DNA of 64,000 nt from an uncultured Alphaproteobacteria bacterium (GTDB lineage: Bacteria; Pseudomonadota; Alphaproteobacteria; Rhizobiales; Beijerinckiaceae), in the NCBI GenBank assembly GCA_963770275.1, contig CAVYPD010000025.1:24452-88451 (forward strand), given 5' to 3'. Made by a program: the position numbers and the translations under genes. The notes below the pieces were generated by a model. That model saw only the letters and a list, made by a program, of their open reading frames with translations. It was not told where the DNA came from and ran no database searches. Within the stretch, counting starts at the first letter, position 1. The number at the start of each line of letters is the position of its first letter. Below are positions 30,248 to 40,263 of the stretch, in pieces.

Positions 30248-30994
30248 TCAGTGCTTCTTGGGGCGAGGCGTGATGAAGCCCTCGCTCACCAAACGATCGT
30301 GCACCGCCTGGGCGACAAGGTGAGCGCCTGGCGTGTCCGAGTGCACGCAGATCGTGTCCGCTCGAACCTTTATCTCCTTTCCGCCGACCGAACGCGTCAC
30401 GCCTTCGCGCAGCGCCCGAACGGCGCGGTTCGACGCCTCGGCCGGATCGATAGCCTCATGCTCGCGGGTAATGATGAGCTTGCCATCATCGGCGTAGTCG
30501 AGATCGACGTAGTACTCCGCCAGGAACCGATGGCCGCGGGCCGCGTAGACCTTCTCGTGCTCGGTGCCGATCATCCCGAGCAGAGGCGCCTTGAATACAT
30601 CCGCCGCGTCGCAGACCGCGTGCGCCATTTCCGGGTCGCGCGCGGCCATGCCATAGAGTGACCCATGCGGTTTGATGTGGTTGAGGGACATGTCCTCAGC
30701 TTCAAGAAACCCTTTCAGGGCGCCGATCTGGTAGATGAGGCAGTTCGCGAGCTCCTCACGCCCGATCTTCATCTCGCGGCGCCCGAAGCCCTGTCGGTCC
30801 GGAAGTGACGGGTGCGCGCCAACCTGGACGCTGTGAGCCTTAGCCAGCTGCACCGTGGCGCGCATGTGATTGAAATCGGAAGCGTGAAACCCACAGGCGA
30901 CATTGGCGATATGGATGGCCGGCATAATGCGGCTGTCGTCGCCCAAGCGCCAGATGCCGTAACTCTCGCCCATGTCGCAGTTCAGGAGCGTCAT
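30248..30994 (-). CDS. LamB/YcsF (PxpA-family) protein
   Basis: LNCDMGESYG, ANVACGFHA, GAHPSLPD..GFGRR, HIKPHGSLY, CVHSDTP; GGAGG RBS. Confidence 0.92.
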   Translation of the reverse strand: MTLLNCDMGESYGIWRLGDDSRIMPAIHIANVACGFHASDFNHMRATVQLAKAHSVQVGAHPSLPDRQGFGRREMKIGREELANCLIYQIGALKGFLEAEDMSLNHIKPHGSLYGMAARDPEMAHAVCDAADVFKAPLLGMIGTEHEKVYAARGHRFLAEYYVDLDYADDGKLIITREHEAIDPAEASNRAVRALREGVTRSVGGKEIKVRADTICVHSDTPGAHLVAQAVHDRLVSEGFITPRPKKH

Positions 30995-31209
30995 CCGGCC
31001 TCCGCGGGAAATGCTGCGCAATCAAGGTTGCAGACGCGCGGAACCTTGTAAAGGCGGAAATCAACTTAAGCCGCGTGGGCCAGTCCAACGAGCTGAAGTC
31101 GGCAAGCCGCCGCGAGCCGGATTATCATCAATGCGCCTCGTATCAACCAGGCGCAATGGCCGATCTCAACGCGTCGGGCGGCGACAGCGCCTCCTACTTT
31201 GTGCCTACC

Positions 31210-31330
31210 GGGAGTCGCGCGCGACTTGCGCGACCGCGTCGGACTGTCGGAAGCGCTGATCCGCATCTCTATCGGCATCGAGAAATGTGGAGGACTTGAT
31301 TTCAAATCTCGCGCAAGGCTTCGATATGGG
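31210..31330 (+). pseudogene. C-terminal relic of a Cys/Met-metabolism PLP enzyme (cystathionine gamma-synthase-like)
   Basis: GVARDLRDRVGLSEALIRISIGIE(N)VEDLISNLAQGFD with one frameshift; no N-terminal part. Confidence 0.65.
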
Positions 31331-31419
31331 TACAGAGGAGGCGAGTTGAGCGCCCAAACAATGAATCAAGGACGATTACGTTCGTATCGCGCCGCCACCT
31401 TGAGACTAACGCGCCCTGA

Positions 31420-31600
31420 TCCGGAATGATGACCGCGATGGCAGCGACCTCGACCAGCCACTCGGGGCGAGCGAATGCCGATACGACAATCCCGATGGAC
31501 ACCGGAGATACGCTCTTCAGCGACTTCACCACGACGCGGCAAACTATTGCGATAGCAGGGGATCGACGATGTGAATGGTGATCTTGGCTGCAAGACAGCG
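31420..31600 (-). pseudogene. C-terminal relic of a RidA/YjgF-family gene
   Basis: VSPVSIGIVVSAFARPEWLVEVAAIAVIIP resembles Rid C-termini; upstream part degenerate. Confidence 0.6.
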
Positions 31601-31741
31601 TCGCGAGGAGGCCGCGCTTCGCGCGATCCCCTCTGCGCAGTCCAGCGGCAAATGAGGCGACCGGTGGCGGCGTCGCGCAGCCAACGGCAAGTGAGCGAAT
31701 CGGCGCGCCGTGCAGTCGTGCGCCCCTAGCAGGCGGAGACG

Positions 31742-33256
31742 TTAGAAGGTTTTCCAGTCTCCCGCTCCTTCGAACGCGGCGGCGGCGGCGTAAATCGCCT
31801 CCTCGTCGAAGTGCTTGCCAATCAACATAGCGCCGATCGGCAGCCCGTCGCCCAGTCCGCAAGGAATGCTCATCGCCGGATGCCCCGTCACATCGAAGGG
31901 CGCGGTATTCCCGATCATTTCGAACGCGCGCTGGAGGTAGAGGCCGAGCGGCGCGTCCGCCGGAGGCAGCGCCGTTGCTTTCACCGGAAGAGTCGGCATC
32001 AGCAAGAGGTCGTACTCTGCGAACGCCTTATCGTAAGACCCGCGGATCCTACGGGCCAGATTTTGCGCCTTCGCGTAGAAGCGCCCGCGATAGTGGGTGA
32101 GGAAAAACTGACCCACCATCATCGAGATTTTGAGGCTGTCGGAGAGATCATCGGCCCCCTGGCGCCAGTTGGCGTGGGCGTCGAGAAGACTGACTGTGTA
32201 AAGGCCCTTCCAGTTGAAGCCCATACCGTTGCCAAGCATCATCTGCGCCTGCAGCCCTTCGAGCGCAATCGGCGTCCAGATTGCGGGCGCAATGAGGTGA
32301 TCGGGGATGGAGACTTCCTCGACGCTCGCGCCCAGCGCCTTGAAGCGCTTGGCCGCCCCGCGCACACTGGCGTCGACGTCCTTTTCGCTGTTGGCGTGAC
32401 CGAAGCCTTCCTTGACGACCCCGATCTTGAGTCCCTTCGCGCCGCGCTTGGTCGCGGCCACGTAATCTCCGACCTTGGGCGCATATTGACGTGGATCGAG
32501 GCCGTCGGCCCCCGCAAGAACTTCCAGCATCAGCGCGTTGTCGGCGATGGTGGCGGTAATTGGGCCGGTATGGTCGATCGTCGACTCGATCGGCATGACG
32601 CCAGTGTAGGGCACGAGGCCATGGGTCGGCTTCATTCCGTAGATCCCGCAAAATGAAGCCGGCATCCGGATCGATCCGCCCTGGTCGCCCCCGATCGCGA
32701 GATCGACTTCGCCCGCGGCGACTAGCGCGCCGCTCCCCGAAGACGATCCGCCCGCGGAATAGCCCTGTTTGTGCGGGTTGTGGACCGGCCCGAGCGCGCC
32801 GGTATGACTGCCGCCCGACAGACAAAAGCATTCGCAATGCGCCTTGCCCTTGATCGTTGCTCCGGCGTCCAGGAGACGCGTAACGACCGTGGCGTCGATG
32901 TTGGGGATAAAGCCTTCGAGGGTCGAGGAGCCATTCATCATCGGCACGCCGGCGACGCAGACATTATCCTTGATGGCGACCGTCTTCCCTTTGAGCTTGC
33001 CGCTCGGCGCGCCCTGAATGTCAGTCTTTACGTACCAGGCATTGAGCGGATTCTCCTCGGCGCTCGGACGATACCCGGGCGTGCGTGGATATTTGACGAC
33101 GGGAATCTCGTCGGGCATCTGGTCGACGATATCGTAAGCGGCAAAGCTGCCGTCCATCAGCGAAATGAACTCGCCGACGCGTTCCTTCGACATCGTCATG
33201 CCGAGGCTCTCGACGATGTCCGTCATCTGTTCGATTGTTGGGCGCTTTACACTCAT
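31742..33256 (-). CDS. Amidase-signature amidase, CX3C subgroup (nitrile-hydratase-associated type)
   Basis: [45 protein letters not shown]. Confidence 0.93.
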   Translation of the reverse strand: MSVKRPTIEQMTDIVESLGMTMSKERVGEFISLMDGSFAAYDIVDQMPDEIPVVKYPRTPGYRPSAEENPLNAWYVKTDIQGAPSGKLKGKTVAIKDNVCVAGVPMMNGSSTLEGFIPNIDATVVTRLLDAGATIKGKAHCECFCLSGGSHTGALGPVHNPHKQGYSAGGSSSGSGALVAAGEVDLAIGGDQGGSIRMPASFCGIYGMKPTHGLVPYTGVMPIESTIDHTGPITATIADNALMLEVLAGADGLDPRQYAPKVGDYVAATKRGAKGLKIGVVKEGFGHANSEKDVDASVRGAAKRFKALGASVEEVSIPDHLIAPAIWTPIALEGLQAQMMLGNGMGFNWKGLYTVSLLDAHANWRQGADDLSDSLKISMMVGQFFLTHYRGRFYAKAQNLARRIRGSYDKAFAEYDLLLMPTLPVKATALPPADAPLGLYLQRAFEMIGNTAPFDVTGHPAMSIPCGLGDGLPIGAMLIGKHFDEEAIYAAAAAFEGAGDWKTF

Positions 33257-33301
33257 GAGCTCTCTCCCGTTCCTGTTGTCTTCACGCCACATGTGGGCGG
33301 A

Positions 33302-34009
33302 TTAGTCGCTTACGCCGATAAATTCATTGACGAGGCCATGCCCGTGCAGTTCGCCCGGCTCCGCGGAATGCACGATGACGCCTTTCTGGATGATGAGGAC
33401 TCGCTCGGACAGACCGGCGATGAAGTCGAGATTCTGCTCGACAAGGATCATCGTCAGCCCGCCCTTGGACCGAAGGCCGAGAAGCGTCTCCGCAATCTCG
33501 TCGATGATCGACGGTTGAATGCCTTCGGTCGGTTCGTCCAGCAGAATCAGCCTTGGATTGCCCGCCAGGCAGCGAGCGATTGCCAGCAGCTGCTGCTCGC
33601 CGCCGGAGAGCGCGCCGCCGGGGCGGTCGATCAGCGGCTTGAGGCGCGGGAAGGTTTCCAGCGCCGACCCGATCGCCGCGTCTTCATCCTTTGGTCGCCC
33701 GACAGCCCCCATCCGCAGGTTGTCGCGCACGCTGAGGCCCGGAAAGATGTCCCGCCCCTGCGGCACATACCCCATGCCGGCGCGCGCACGCCGATACGGC
33801 TCCGCGCGGGTGATGTCAGCGTCTTCCAACACGACCCGCCCTGCGGTCGCCGGAAGGTATCCCATCAGCGCCCGGAGCAGCGTGGTCTTGCCCATTCCGT
33901 TATGGCCAAGGATGCCGACGAACTCTCCTCGCGCGACGCTGAAGCTTACGCCCCCCAGGATCGGGATACGGCCATAGCCGGCAGCGAGTTCGCTGACCTC
34001 CAGCATCAT
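33302..34009 (-). CDS. Urea/amide ABC ATP-binding protein (UrtE-like)
   Basis: GHNGMGKTT, YVPQGRDIFP, LSGGEQQ, DEPTEGIQPSII. Confidence 0.92.
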   Translation of the reverse strand: MMLEVSELAAGYGRIPILGGVSFSVARGEFVGILGHNGMGKTTLLRALMGYLPATAGRVVLEDADITRAEPYRRARAGMGYVPQGRDIFPGLSVRDNLRMGAVGRPKDEDAAIGSALETFPRLKPLIDRPGGALSGGEQQLLAIARCLAGNPRLILLDEPTEGIQPSIIDEIAETLLGLRSKGGLTMILVEQNLDFIAGLSERVLIIQKGVIVHSAEPGELHGHGLVNEFIGVSD

Positions 34010-34731
34010 GCCACCGCCGCGTTCTTTCCGAGATAGACGTCGCGCACGATCGGGCTATGCATAATCGCCTCGACGTCGTCCTCAATTAGAACGGCGCCCT
34101 GATTGAAGACCGTGACCTTGCTGGCGATCATGCGGATGAACTGCATATCGTGCTCGACCACGATGAGGGCCTTGGTCTTGTTGATGTCCCGCACGAGTTC
34201 GGCGGTGCGCCGCACCTCCTGATCGGTCATGCCGGCCGCCGGCTCGTCAAGCAGCACGAGATCCGGATTGGTCGAGAGCACCACGCCGAGTTCGACCCAC
34301 TGGCGTTGCCCATGGGCAAGCTGACCGACAATGCGCGATGCGATGGTGGACAGGCCGACGCGCTCGAGCATAGTCTCGACGGCGGCCCGCGCCTGCGCCC
34401 CGCGATGCATGCGCGTTGCGGCGAGCCACAGATTCTCGCCCACCGTCAACCCGTCAAAGACACTTGGCACCTGCGTCTTGATGCCTACGCCCCGCCGCGC
34501 GATCTCGTGGGGTTCGGCGCCTGTTACATCCTCTCCACGCACGAGAACCGCGCCGGATGTGGGCTTGAGCTGGCCAGTCAACATCTTGAAGAAGGTGCTC
34601 TTGCCGGCCCCGTTGGGGCCGATCAGACAACGCAGCTCGCGCTCAGCGAGGGTGAAGTTGACATCCCGGACCGCCTGCACGCCGCCGAAGCGCATGCCCA
34701 GCCCGCGGGTCTCAATAAGCGGGACGGTCAC
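34006..34731 (-). CDS. Urea/amide ABC ATP-binding protein (UrtD-like)
   Basis: [29 protein letters not shown]. Confidence 0.92.
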   Translation of the reverse strand: MTVPLIETRGLGMRFGGVQAVRDVNFTLAERELRCLIGPNGAGKSTFFKMLTGQLKPTSGAVLVRGEDVTGAEPHEIARRGVGIKTQVPSVFDGLTVGENLWLAATRMHRGAQARAAVETMLERVGLSTIASRIVGQLAHGQRQWVELGVVLSTNPDLVLLDEPAAGMTDQEVRRTAELVRDINKTKALIVVEHDMQFIRMIASKVTVFNQGAVLIEDDVEAIMHSPIVRDVYLGKNAAVA

Positions 34732-35768
34732 CGCGGCGCTCCCGCGCGGGTGCGAACGAAGACCGACTCAAGGCCGGCGATCGTTGGCACAAGGCCTTTC
34801 GGCACGAGCAGGACGAAGGCGATCAGGATGGCGCCGAGGATGAGCGGAACGTTGCCGAGCAGGGCTTGCCAGCCGGCATCTCCGCTCGGCGCGTTCGCGC
34901 CCAAAGCGGCAGTGAGCCATTGAATCCCAACGCATCCGAGAATCGGCCCAATCAACGTGCCGCGCCCACCGACGATAACCCAGATAATAATCTGGGCCGA
35001 CTGCGCCAGGCCAAAGATGGTCGGACTGACAAAGGAGCCCCAGTTGGCGAACAGGCAGCCCGCATAGCCCGCGAGCGCCGCTCCGATTGTGAAGGTCGCG
35101 AGCTTGTAGGCGCGCGGATCGTAGCCCAGGAGTTGCGCGCGCTGTTCGTTCTCGCGGATGCCGACGATTGTGCGACCGAACCGGCTCGCCAGGAGCGCCC
35201 GGAGACCGAAGTAGGTAAGAAGGAGCGAGGCGGTCGAGAGATAGAACATGCCCTCGAGATCGATCTGCCAGTCCTTGAAGAAGGGCACGTTCAGCGAGGG
35301 AATACCCGGGATGCCATTGAAGCCGCCGAGCTTTGCAGAGCCGATGTGGAATTCGGGCCCGGCGGTTGAATTGATCGAATTGAAGAGGATCAAGGTCACC
35401 GTCAGCGTGATGACGCCGAGGTACACGTCGCTGATGCGGCCATAGAACATGAAATAGCCGAGCAGGGCCGCGAAGGCTGCCGGCACGAGGACGGCTAGAA
35501 TCAGCGGCGTCGTGCTTTCGCCGATGTTGATCATCGCAATCGCGTAAGTGTAGGCGCCAAGCCCGAAAAACGCCGCCTGGCCGAAACAGAGAATGCCCCC
35601 GAAACCCCAGACGAGCGCGAGTGACAAGGCAAGCACCGCCATGATCACGTAGACGGTGATGTTGAGCACGACGTCGAGGTCGAACAGCCGTGGCGTAAGG
35701 ATGAGCACGGCGATCCCAACGAGCGCGACCAGCGCGAGCCCGAGAACGTTGAGAGTGCGCGCGCTCAC
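34728..35768 (-). CDS. Urea/amide ABC permease (UrtC-like)
   Basis: WGFGGILCFGQAAFFGLG, IRENE.R..LLGY, VGGRGTL; GTGA overlap with the upstream gene. Confidence 0.9.
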   Translation of the reverse strand: MSARTLNVLGLALVALVGIAVLILTPRLFDLDVVLNITVYVIMAVLALSLALVWGFGGILCFGQAAFFGLGAYTYAIAMINIGESTTPLILAVLVPAAFAALLGYFMFYGRISDVYLGVITLTVTLILFNSINSTAGPEFHIGSAKLGGFNGIPGIPSLNVPFFKDWQIDLEGMFYLSTASLLLTYFGLRALLASRFGRTIVGIRENEQRAQLLGYDPRAYKLATFTIGAALAGYAGCLFANWGSFVSPTIFGLAQSAQIIIWVIVGGRGTLIGPILGCVGIQWLTAALGANAPSGDAGWQALLGNVPLILGAILIAFVLLVPKGLVPTIAGLESVFVRTRAGAPR

Positions 35769-36631
35769 AGGCTTCCCCGAAAGAACCGGCCGGTTATCCC
35801 TTGAGGGAGCACGCGGATAAGCACGATCGCGGCCGCAAGCAGCGCGACCTCGCCGAAGACCGGCGTTGTCACATAGGTCGCGACCTGGTTGACCGCCCCG
35901 AACAATGTTGACGCCATCGTCGTGCCAGTCACGATCGACACGCCCCCGCCAATCACTGTGATGAATGACTTGGCGACATAGGCGGCGCCGATCGTCGGGA
36001 ACACGCCGGACACAGGCGCGATAACGGCGCCGGCAAGGCCGGTGAGGGCGGCGCCGGCGCCGAAGGTGATCGAATAAACTCGGTTCGGATTGACGCCAAG
36101 CGCAGCCGCCATGTTCGCGTTCTGCATCGTTCCTCGTGCGATTAGCCCGAGGCGGGTGAAGCGTAGAACTGCGAGAACCCCGCAAATGGCGACGATTGCG
36201 ACGCCGATCACGAATAGCGTGTAGGTGCTCGTCCGATACTGACCGATCTCAAAGCTGCCCAGCGGCGCCGAAAGGCCGACGGTGGTGTTGCCGAACACAG
36301 CAGTCGTCAAACCGACGAGAAACAAGCTTAAACCCCAGGTCGCCAACATCGTGTCGACCATGCGGCCATAGAGCCACCGAATGATGGTGCGCTCGACGAT
36401 AATCCCGATCGCCCCGACGACGATCGGCGCAACAATCAGCATCGCGACCCAGATGCTGAGGCCAAGGCGATTGGCTTCAATGGCGGCATAGCCGCCAAGC
36501 ATAAGAAACTCGCCGTGCGCGAGGTTGATGACTTTCATCATCCCGAAGATGATCGCCAGCCCCACGCTCATCAGCGCGAGGCTGGCGATCGCATAGAGAA
36601 CCTGGATTGCCAGGAGCGCTACGAGATCCAC
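35765..36631 (-). CDS. Urea/amide ABC permease (UrtB-like)
   Basis: GLAIIFGMMKVINLAHGEF, LYGR..DTMLATWGLSL. Confidence 0.92.
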   Translation of the reverse strand: MDLVALLAIQVLYAIASLALMSVGLAIIFGMMKVINLAHGEFLMLGGYAAIEANRLGLSIWVAMLIVAPIVVGAIGIIVERTIIRWLYGRMVDTMLATWGLSLFLVGLTTAVFGNTTVGLSAPLGSFEIGQYRTSTYTLFVIGVAIVAICGVLAVLRFTRLGLIARGTMQNANMAAALGVNPNRVYSITFGAGAALTGLAGAVIAPVSGVFPTIGAAYVAKSFITVIGGGVSIVTGTTMASTLFGAVNQVATYVTTPVFGEVALLAAAIVLIRVLPQGITGRFFRGSL

Positions 36632-36665
36632 CAGAGGTCCTGTATGCTCTGTCTGCGAAGCGCGC

Positions 36666-37889
36666 TCAGAACTTGATCACATACTGCTGGTTATCATTGG
36701 GGTTCTTCTTGAGGTCGCAGACGGCCGCAGTGTCCGCCGGCTTCTGCTGCGGGAAATCCTCGAGCAACAGGAACTTCTTGTTGCGCGCCTCTGCGATGTG
36801 GACATCGAGAATACAGTGATGCGTCGGCGGGTCGATCGTCACCTTGCCTGACGGCGCATCGATACTGATGCCGGTTTCGAGCGCTTCGATCACCTTCATT
36901 CGATCGATGCTCTCGGCCTTTTTCACCCCTTCTGCCCAAAGGTTGAAGCCTTGGTAGGTTCCCATCGCGAGCTCGGTCACGTTTGGATAATCCGGGCCAA
37001 AGCGCTTGTGGAACTTCTCAAGGAAAGCGGTGTTGACCGGATTCTTGACGCTCTCGAAATAGTTGTAGCAAACGAGCATCCCGTTCGCCTCTTCGGGCGA
37101 AAGCACGATCTGCTCATTGCCGACGCCGAATGTGGTCGACGCCATCGAGATGCTTTTGTTCATGCCTGCGGCCGCCCACTGCCGGTAAAAGGAGATGTGA
37201 GCGCCGCCAACGAGGGCAGACCAGACAAAATCCGGCTTTGCAGCCTGGATCTTCGAGATGGTCGAAGAGAAGTTGGTTACGTCGAGGGGGAAAAACTCGA
37301 TCGACAGCACTTCGCCGCCATTCTCGGTTACATATTTTTTCACCCACTGCGAAGTGATCTGGCCGTAGTTGTAATCCGCTGCCACGACATAAACTTTCTT
37401 GCCCCATTTTTTCATCGCATAGGGCACGAGCTTCTCGACCGTCTGCGCGGGCGTAACGCCGGTATCGAACTGGTTGCGGTCGCACACGCCTCCTTCATAT
37501 TGTGTGTTGTAGAAATACAGCGTCTTGAACTTGTCGAGTACCGGACGGATGACCTCTCGCGAAGCGGAGGTAATGCCGCCATGCACGACAGCCACCTTGT
37601 CCTTAAGCGCGGCTTGTTGGGCGAACTGGGTGTAGAGCTGCATGCTCGACTGGGTGTCGTAATTCACCAGCTGGAGCTGCCGGCCTAACAGTCCGCCCGC
37701 CGCGTTGGCTTCCTCGATTGCGAGGGTCAGGGCGTCGACCATCGGCTTGCCATAGATGTCGAGCCCGCCCGACAGGTCGTGCAGGCTGCCGACCTTGATT
37801 GGGTCGGCAGCGAAGGCGGGGGCGCTCAACGCGCTGGCGCCGGCTAATGCCGCGGCGCTCCCCAACAATTGTCTGCGATCGATATTCAT
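36666..37889 (-). CDS. Amide/urea-binding periplasmic protein (UrtA/AmiC/FmdD family), Tat signal
   Basis: DRRQLL twin-arginine leader; GGITSASRE, YNTQYEGG, ADYNYG. Confidence 0.92.
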   Translation of the reverse strand: MNIDRRQLLGSAAALAGASALSAPAFAADPIKVGSLHDLSGGLDIYGKPMVDALTLAIEEANAAGGLLGRQLQLVNYDTQSSMQLYTQFAQQAALKDKVAVVHGGITSASREVIRPVLDKFKTLYFYNTQYEGGVCDRNQFDTGVTPAQTVEKLVPYAMKKWGKKVYVVAADYNYGQITSQWVKKYVTENGGEVLSIEFFPLDVTNFSSTISKIQAAKPDFVWSALVGGAHISFYRQWAAAGMNKSISMASTTFGVGNEQIVLSPEEANGMLVCYNYFESVKNPVNTAFLEKFHKRFGPDYPNVTELAMGTYQGFNLWAEGVKKAESIDRMKVIEALETGISIDAPSGKVTIDPPTHHCILDVHIAEARNKKFLLLEDFPQQKPADTAAVCDLKKNPNDNQQYVIKF

Positions 37890-38073
37890 GCCCCTACTCC
37901 CTTGCTTTTACTTGAGATAATCCACAACCGTTATTCTTGCGCTCTGAGGTTCATACGCGAACCCTTGCACGACCTTTGTTTCACTCGGCGCCGCGCTCTC
38001 GCTTCCGCGACATCGTTGCCTGCATTGCGATCCGACAGCCAAGGGCCGACGCGGCCGATGTCCCGGGGAGACA

Positions 38074-38090
38074 AGCAGGATACGGGCCAA
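38074..38090 (-). promoter_or_regulatory. Possible sigma54 promoter of the amide ABC-amidase operon
   Basis: Minus strand TTGGCCCGTATCCTGCT, GG-N10-GC, two deviations from consensus. Confidence 0.45.
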
Positions 38091-38198
38091 ACCTAGCCCG
38101 CTTCCGCTGCGCTGTCACACTCTAACGCGGCGTCGAGAAATCCGCTTGCCTGGCGCGGCCACATGGCTTGCTTCTCCTTGCCCTCCTCAGTAAGGCCG

Positions 38199-39599
38199 TC
38201 ACGCGACCGGCGGTCGACGCCGGTGCCAACTGGTGGCGGTCTGGAAGGCATGACCAGCGCGGGTGAGCACGTCTTCGGAGAGATGTGGACCAACCAGCTG
38301 CATGCTGAGCGGCATCCCCGCCACGTCGAGGCCATTCGGCAATGTGAGCGTGGGACTGCCGCTGAAGTCGAAAGGCGCGGTGAAACGCAAGATGCTAAGG
38401 AGCACGTTGGGGTCCTCTCCGTAGGCCCTCATTAGATCGAGGCTGGGAATCGGCACCGGCATCGTGGGGATGAGGAGGACGTCGACAGACTCGAACAACT
38501 CCGACAGTTCGCGAGAAAATCTCAGGCGCTCAAGGTTGATGCGGGCAATCTCAATCCCTTTTGTCGCGAGCCCCTGCTCGATCAGCGCTGCAAGGTCTGG
38601 GCCGTATTCCGACTTTCTCGCCGGATAGGTGTCTGCATGTGCGGCCGCTGTCTCGACCGAGCACATGGCGATCCACTGACTGACGAGTTTCTGGTAGTCT
38701 GGGAACCGTACCTCGCGGATGCTTGCGCCAAGTCCGACGAGCACGCGCTCAGCCTCGACCAGCGCCGCCACGACCTGCCCGTCGACCCCATCAGTCGCAT
38801 AGCCTCGGTCTACGCCGATCCGCAGGCCGCGAATTCCGTCGCCGATTGATTCGAGATAATCTGGGACCGCTGCCTTGTACGTGGTCGGGTCGTTTCGATC
38901 TGCGCCGGCGATCACGCCGAGCATGGCGGCGGCGTCGGCCACAGAGCGGGTCATTGGCCCGACATGGTCCAGCGTGTCGGCAAGCGGGAAAACACCGTAG
39001 CGGCTGACGCGACCCCAGGTCGGTTTGATCCCGCTGAGACCGCAGGTGGCGGACGGAAACCGGATCGATCCTCCCGTGTCGCTACCCAGGCTGCCGTAGC
39101 AAAGTCCCAGCGACGTCGCGACGCCGGATCCGGTCGAGGAGGAGCCAACCCAGTAACCCGTGTTCCACGGATTGAGCGGGGGCGCCACTTCAGGGTGGTG
39201 AGACGTGTACGCGCCCTCCGTCATCTGCAGCTTTCCCAGGAGGACCGCGCCTCCCTCTTCAAGGCGCTCCACAACGGTGGCGTTGAAGGATGGAGTGAAA
39301 GCCTTGAAAATCGTCGTCCCCGCGGAAGTCGGGGCGAAGGTTGTGTAGCAGAGATCCTTGACGGCGACGGGCACGCCGTGGAGCGGGCCGCGCCAGAGGC
39401 CGCGGGCGATTTCCGCGTCGGCTGCTTTCGCTTGCTTAAGCGCGCGCTCCGGCAGCACGGTTGCGTAGGAGTGATACTGCCCATCGAGCTGCGCGATGCG
39501 CCGCAGCGCCATCTCGGTGAGCTCCGCCGACGATAATCGCTTTCTACGAATAAGATCGGAGACCGTGGTCAACGACTCATACTGCAACTCGGAAGACAT
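38199..39599 (-). CDS. Amidase-signature amidase (GatA-like family)
   Basis: RGPLHGVPVAVKDL, GSSSTGSG, GSDTGGSIRFPS, GIKPTWGRVS; GAGG RBS. Confidence 0.93.
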   Translation of the reverse strand: MSSELQYESLTTVSDLIRRKRLSSAELTEMALRRIAQLDGQYHSYATVLPERALKQAKAADAEIARGLWRGPLHGVPVAVKDLCYTTFAPTSAGTTIFKAFTPSFNATVVERLEEGGAVLLGKLQMTEGAYTSHHPEVAPPLNPWNTGYWVGSSSTGSGVATSLGLCYGSLGSDTGGSIRFPSATCGLSGIKPTWGRVSRYGVFPLADTLDHVGPMTRSVADAAAMLGVIAGADRNDPTTYKAAVPDYLESIGDGIRGLRIGVDRGYATDGVDGQVVAALVEAERVLVGLGASIREVRFPDYQKLVSQWIAMCSVETAAAHADTYPARKSEYGPDLAALIEQGLATKGIEIARINLERLRFSRELSELFESVDVLLIPTMPVPIPSLDLMRAYGEDPNVLLSILRFTAPFDFSGSPTLTLPNGLDVAGMPLSMQLVGPHLSEDVLTRAGHAFQTATSWHRRRPPVA

Positions 39600-39841
39600 T
39601 GAGCGGACCTCTTTTGAATGCACGAAGGGCGCTTTGCCCCGAAAGGGCGGGCGGGGCGAGATTAACTCATCGGAGCGAACTATATCGAAACGCGCGAGCA
39701 GCGCTTGCCTCACCATGCCAGGCCCCCTTGCCTCTAGGCACGCCTCAGGGACAGCGTCACGTCAACCGCAAATGTTGAGCGAAAGTGTCCGACCCGGTTC
39801 CTCTCATCTGTAGCTCCGCGCTGCTCAGGCTTCATTGGCGA

Positions 39842-40258
39842 TCAGCGGTGCTGTGCCCGGAATCCGGGCTCTGTCAATTGGAGCGACGTCACGATCGAAT
39901 GCGCGGTTCCAAGATCGTGCTGGTGCACGACCTCGGCCGCGCGCCGCGCGTCATGTGCTGCGAGGGCGACCATCAGACGCTCATGCTCCGCCTTCGCCTT
40001 CAACCTATCGTCCATGTGAAGAGAGCCCGGCGTACGCACGCCGCGGGCGCGCGTCATCACGGACGCGTGCATCGACTGTAGGATCGTGTCGTTTGACGCA
40101 GCGACGATCGCGAGATGGATTTCTTGGTTCGGCTTGAATAAGGCTGATGCTCGCCAACGGCGTGATGACGCGCCATGCGGTCGGGTAACTGCTGCATCGT
40201 CTCGAGGTCTCGATCAGTCATCCGCTCGGCGGCCAGTTCGCAGGCGTTGCGCTCGACC
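39842..40258 (-). pseudogene. GntR-family regulator relic: FCD domain without HTH
   Basis: ERNACELAAERMTD...NQEIHLAIVAAS...EHERLMVALAAHDARRAAEVVHQH across frameshifts; 5' end missing. Confidence 0.75.
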
Positions 40259-40263
40259 CGCTG

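Noticed and set aside
39636-39648. Small GCCC-CGAAA-GGGC hairpin upstream of the amidase
   Set aside because: Too short to distinguish from chance in GC-rich DNA; no riboswitch features recognised
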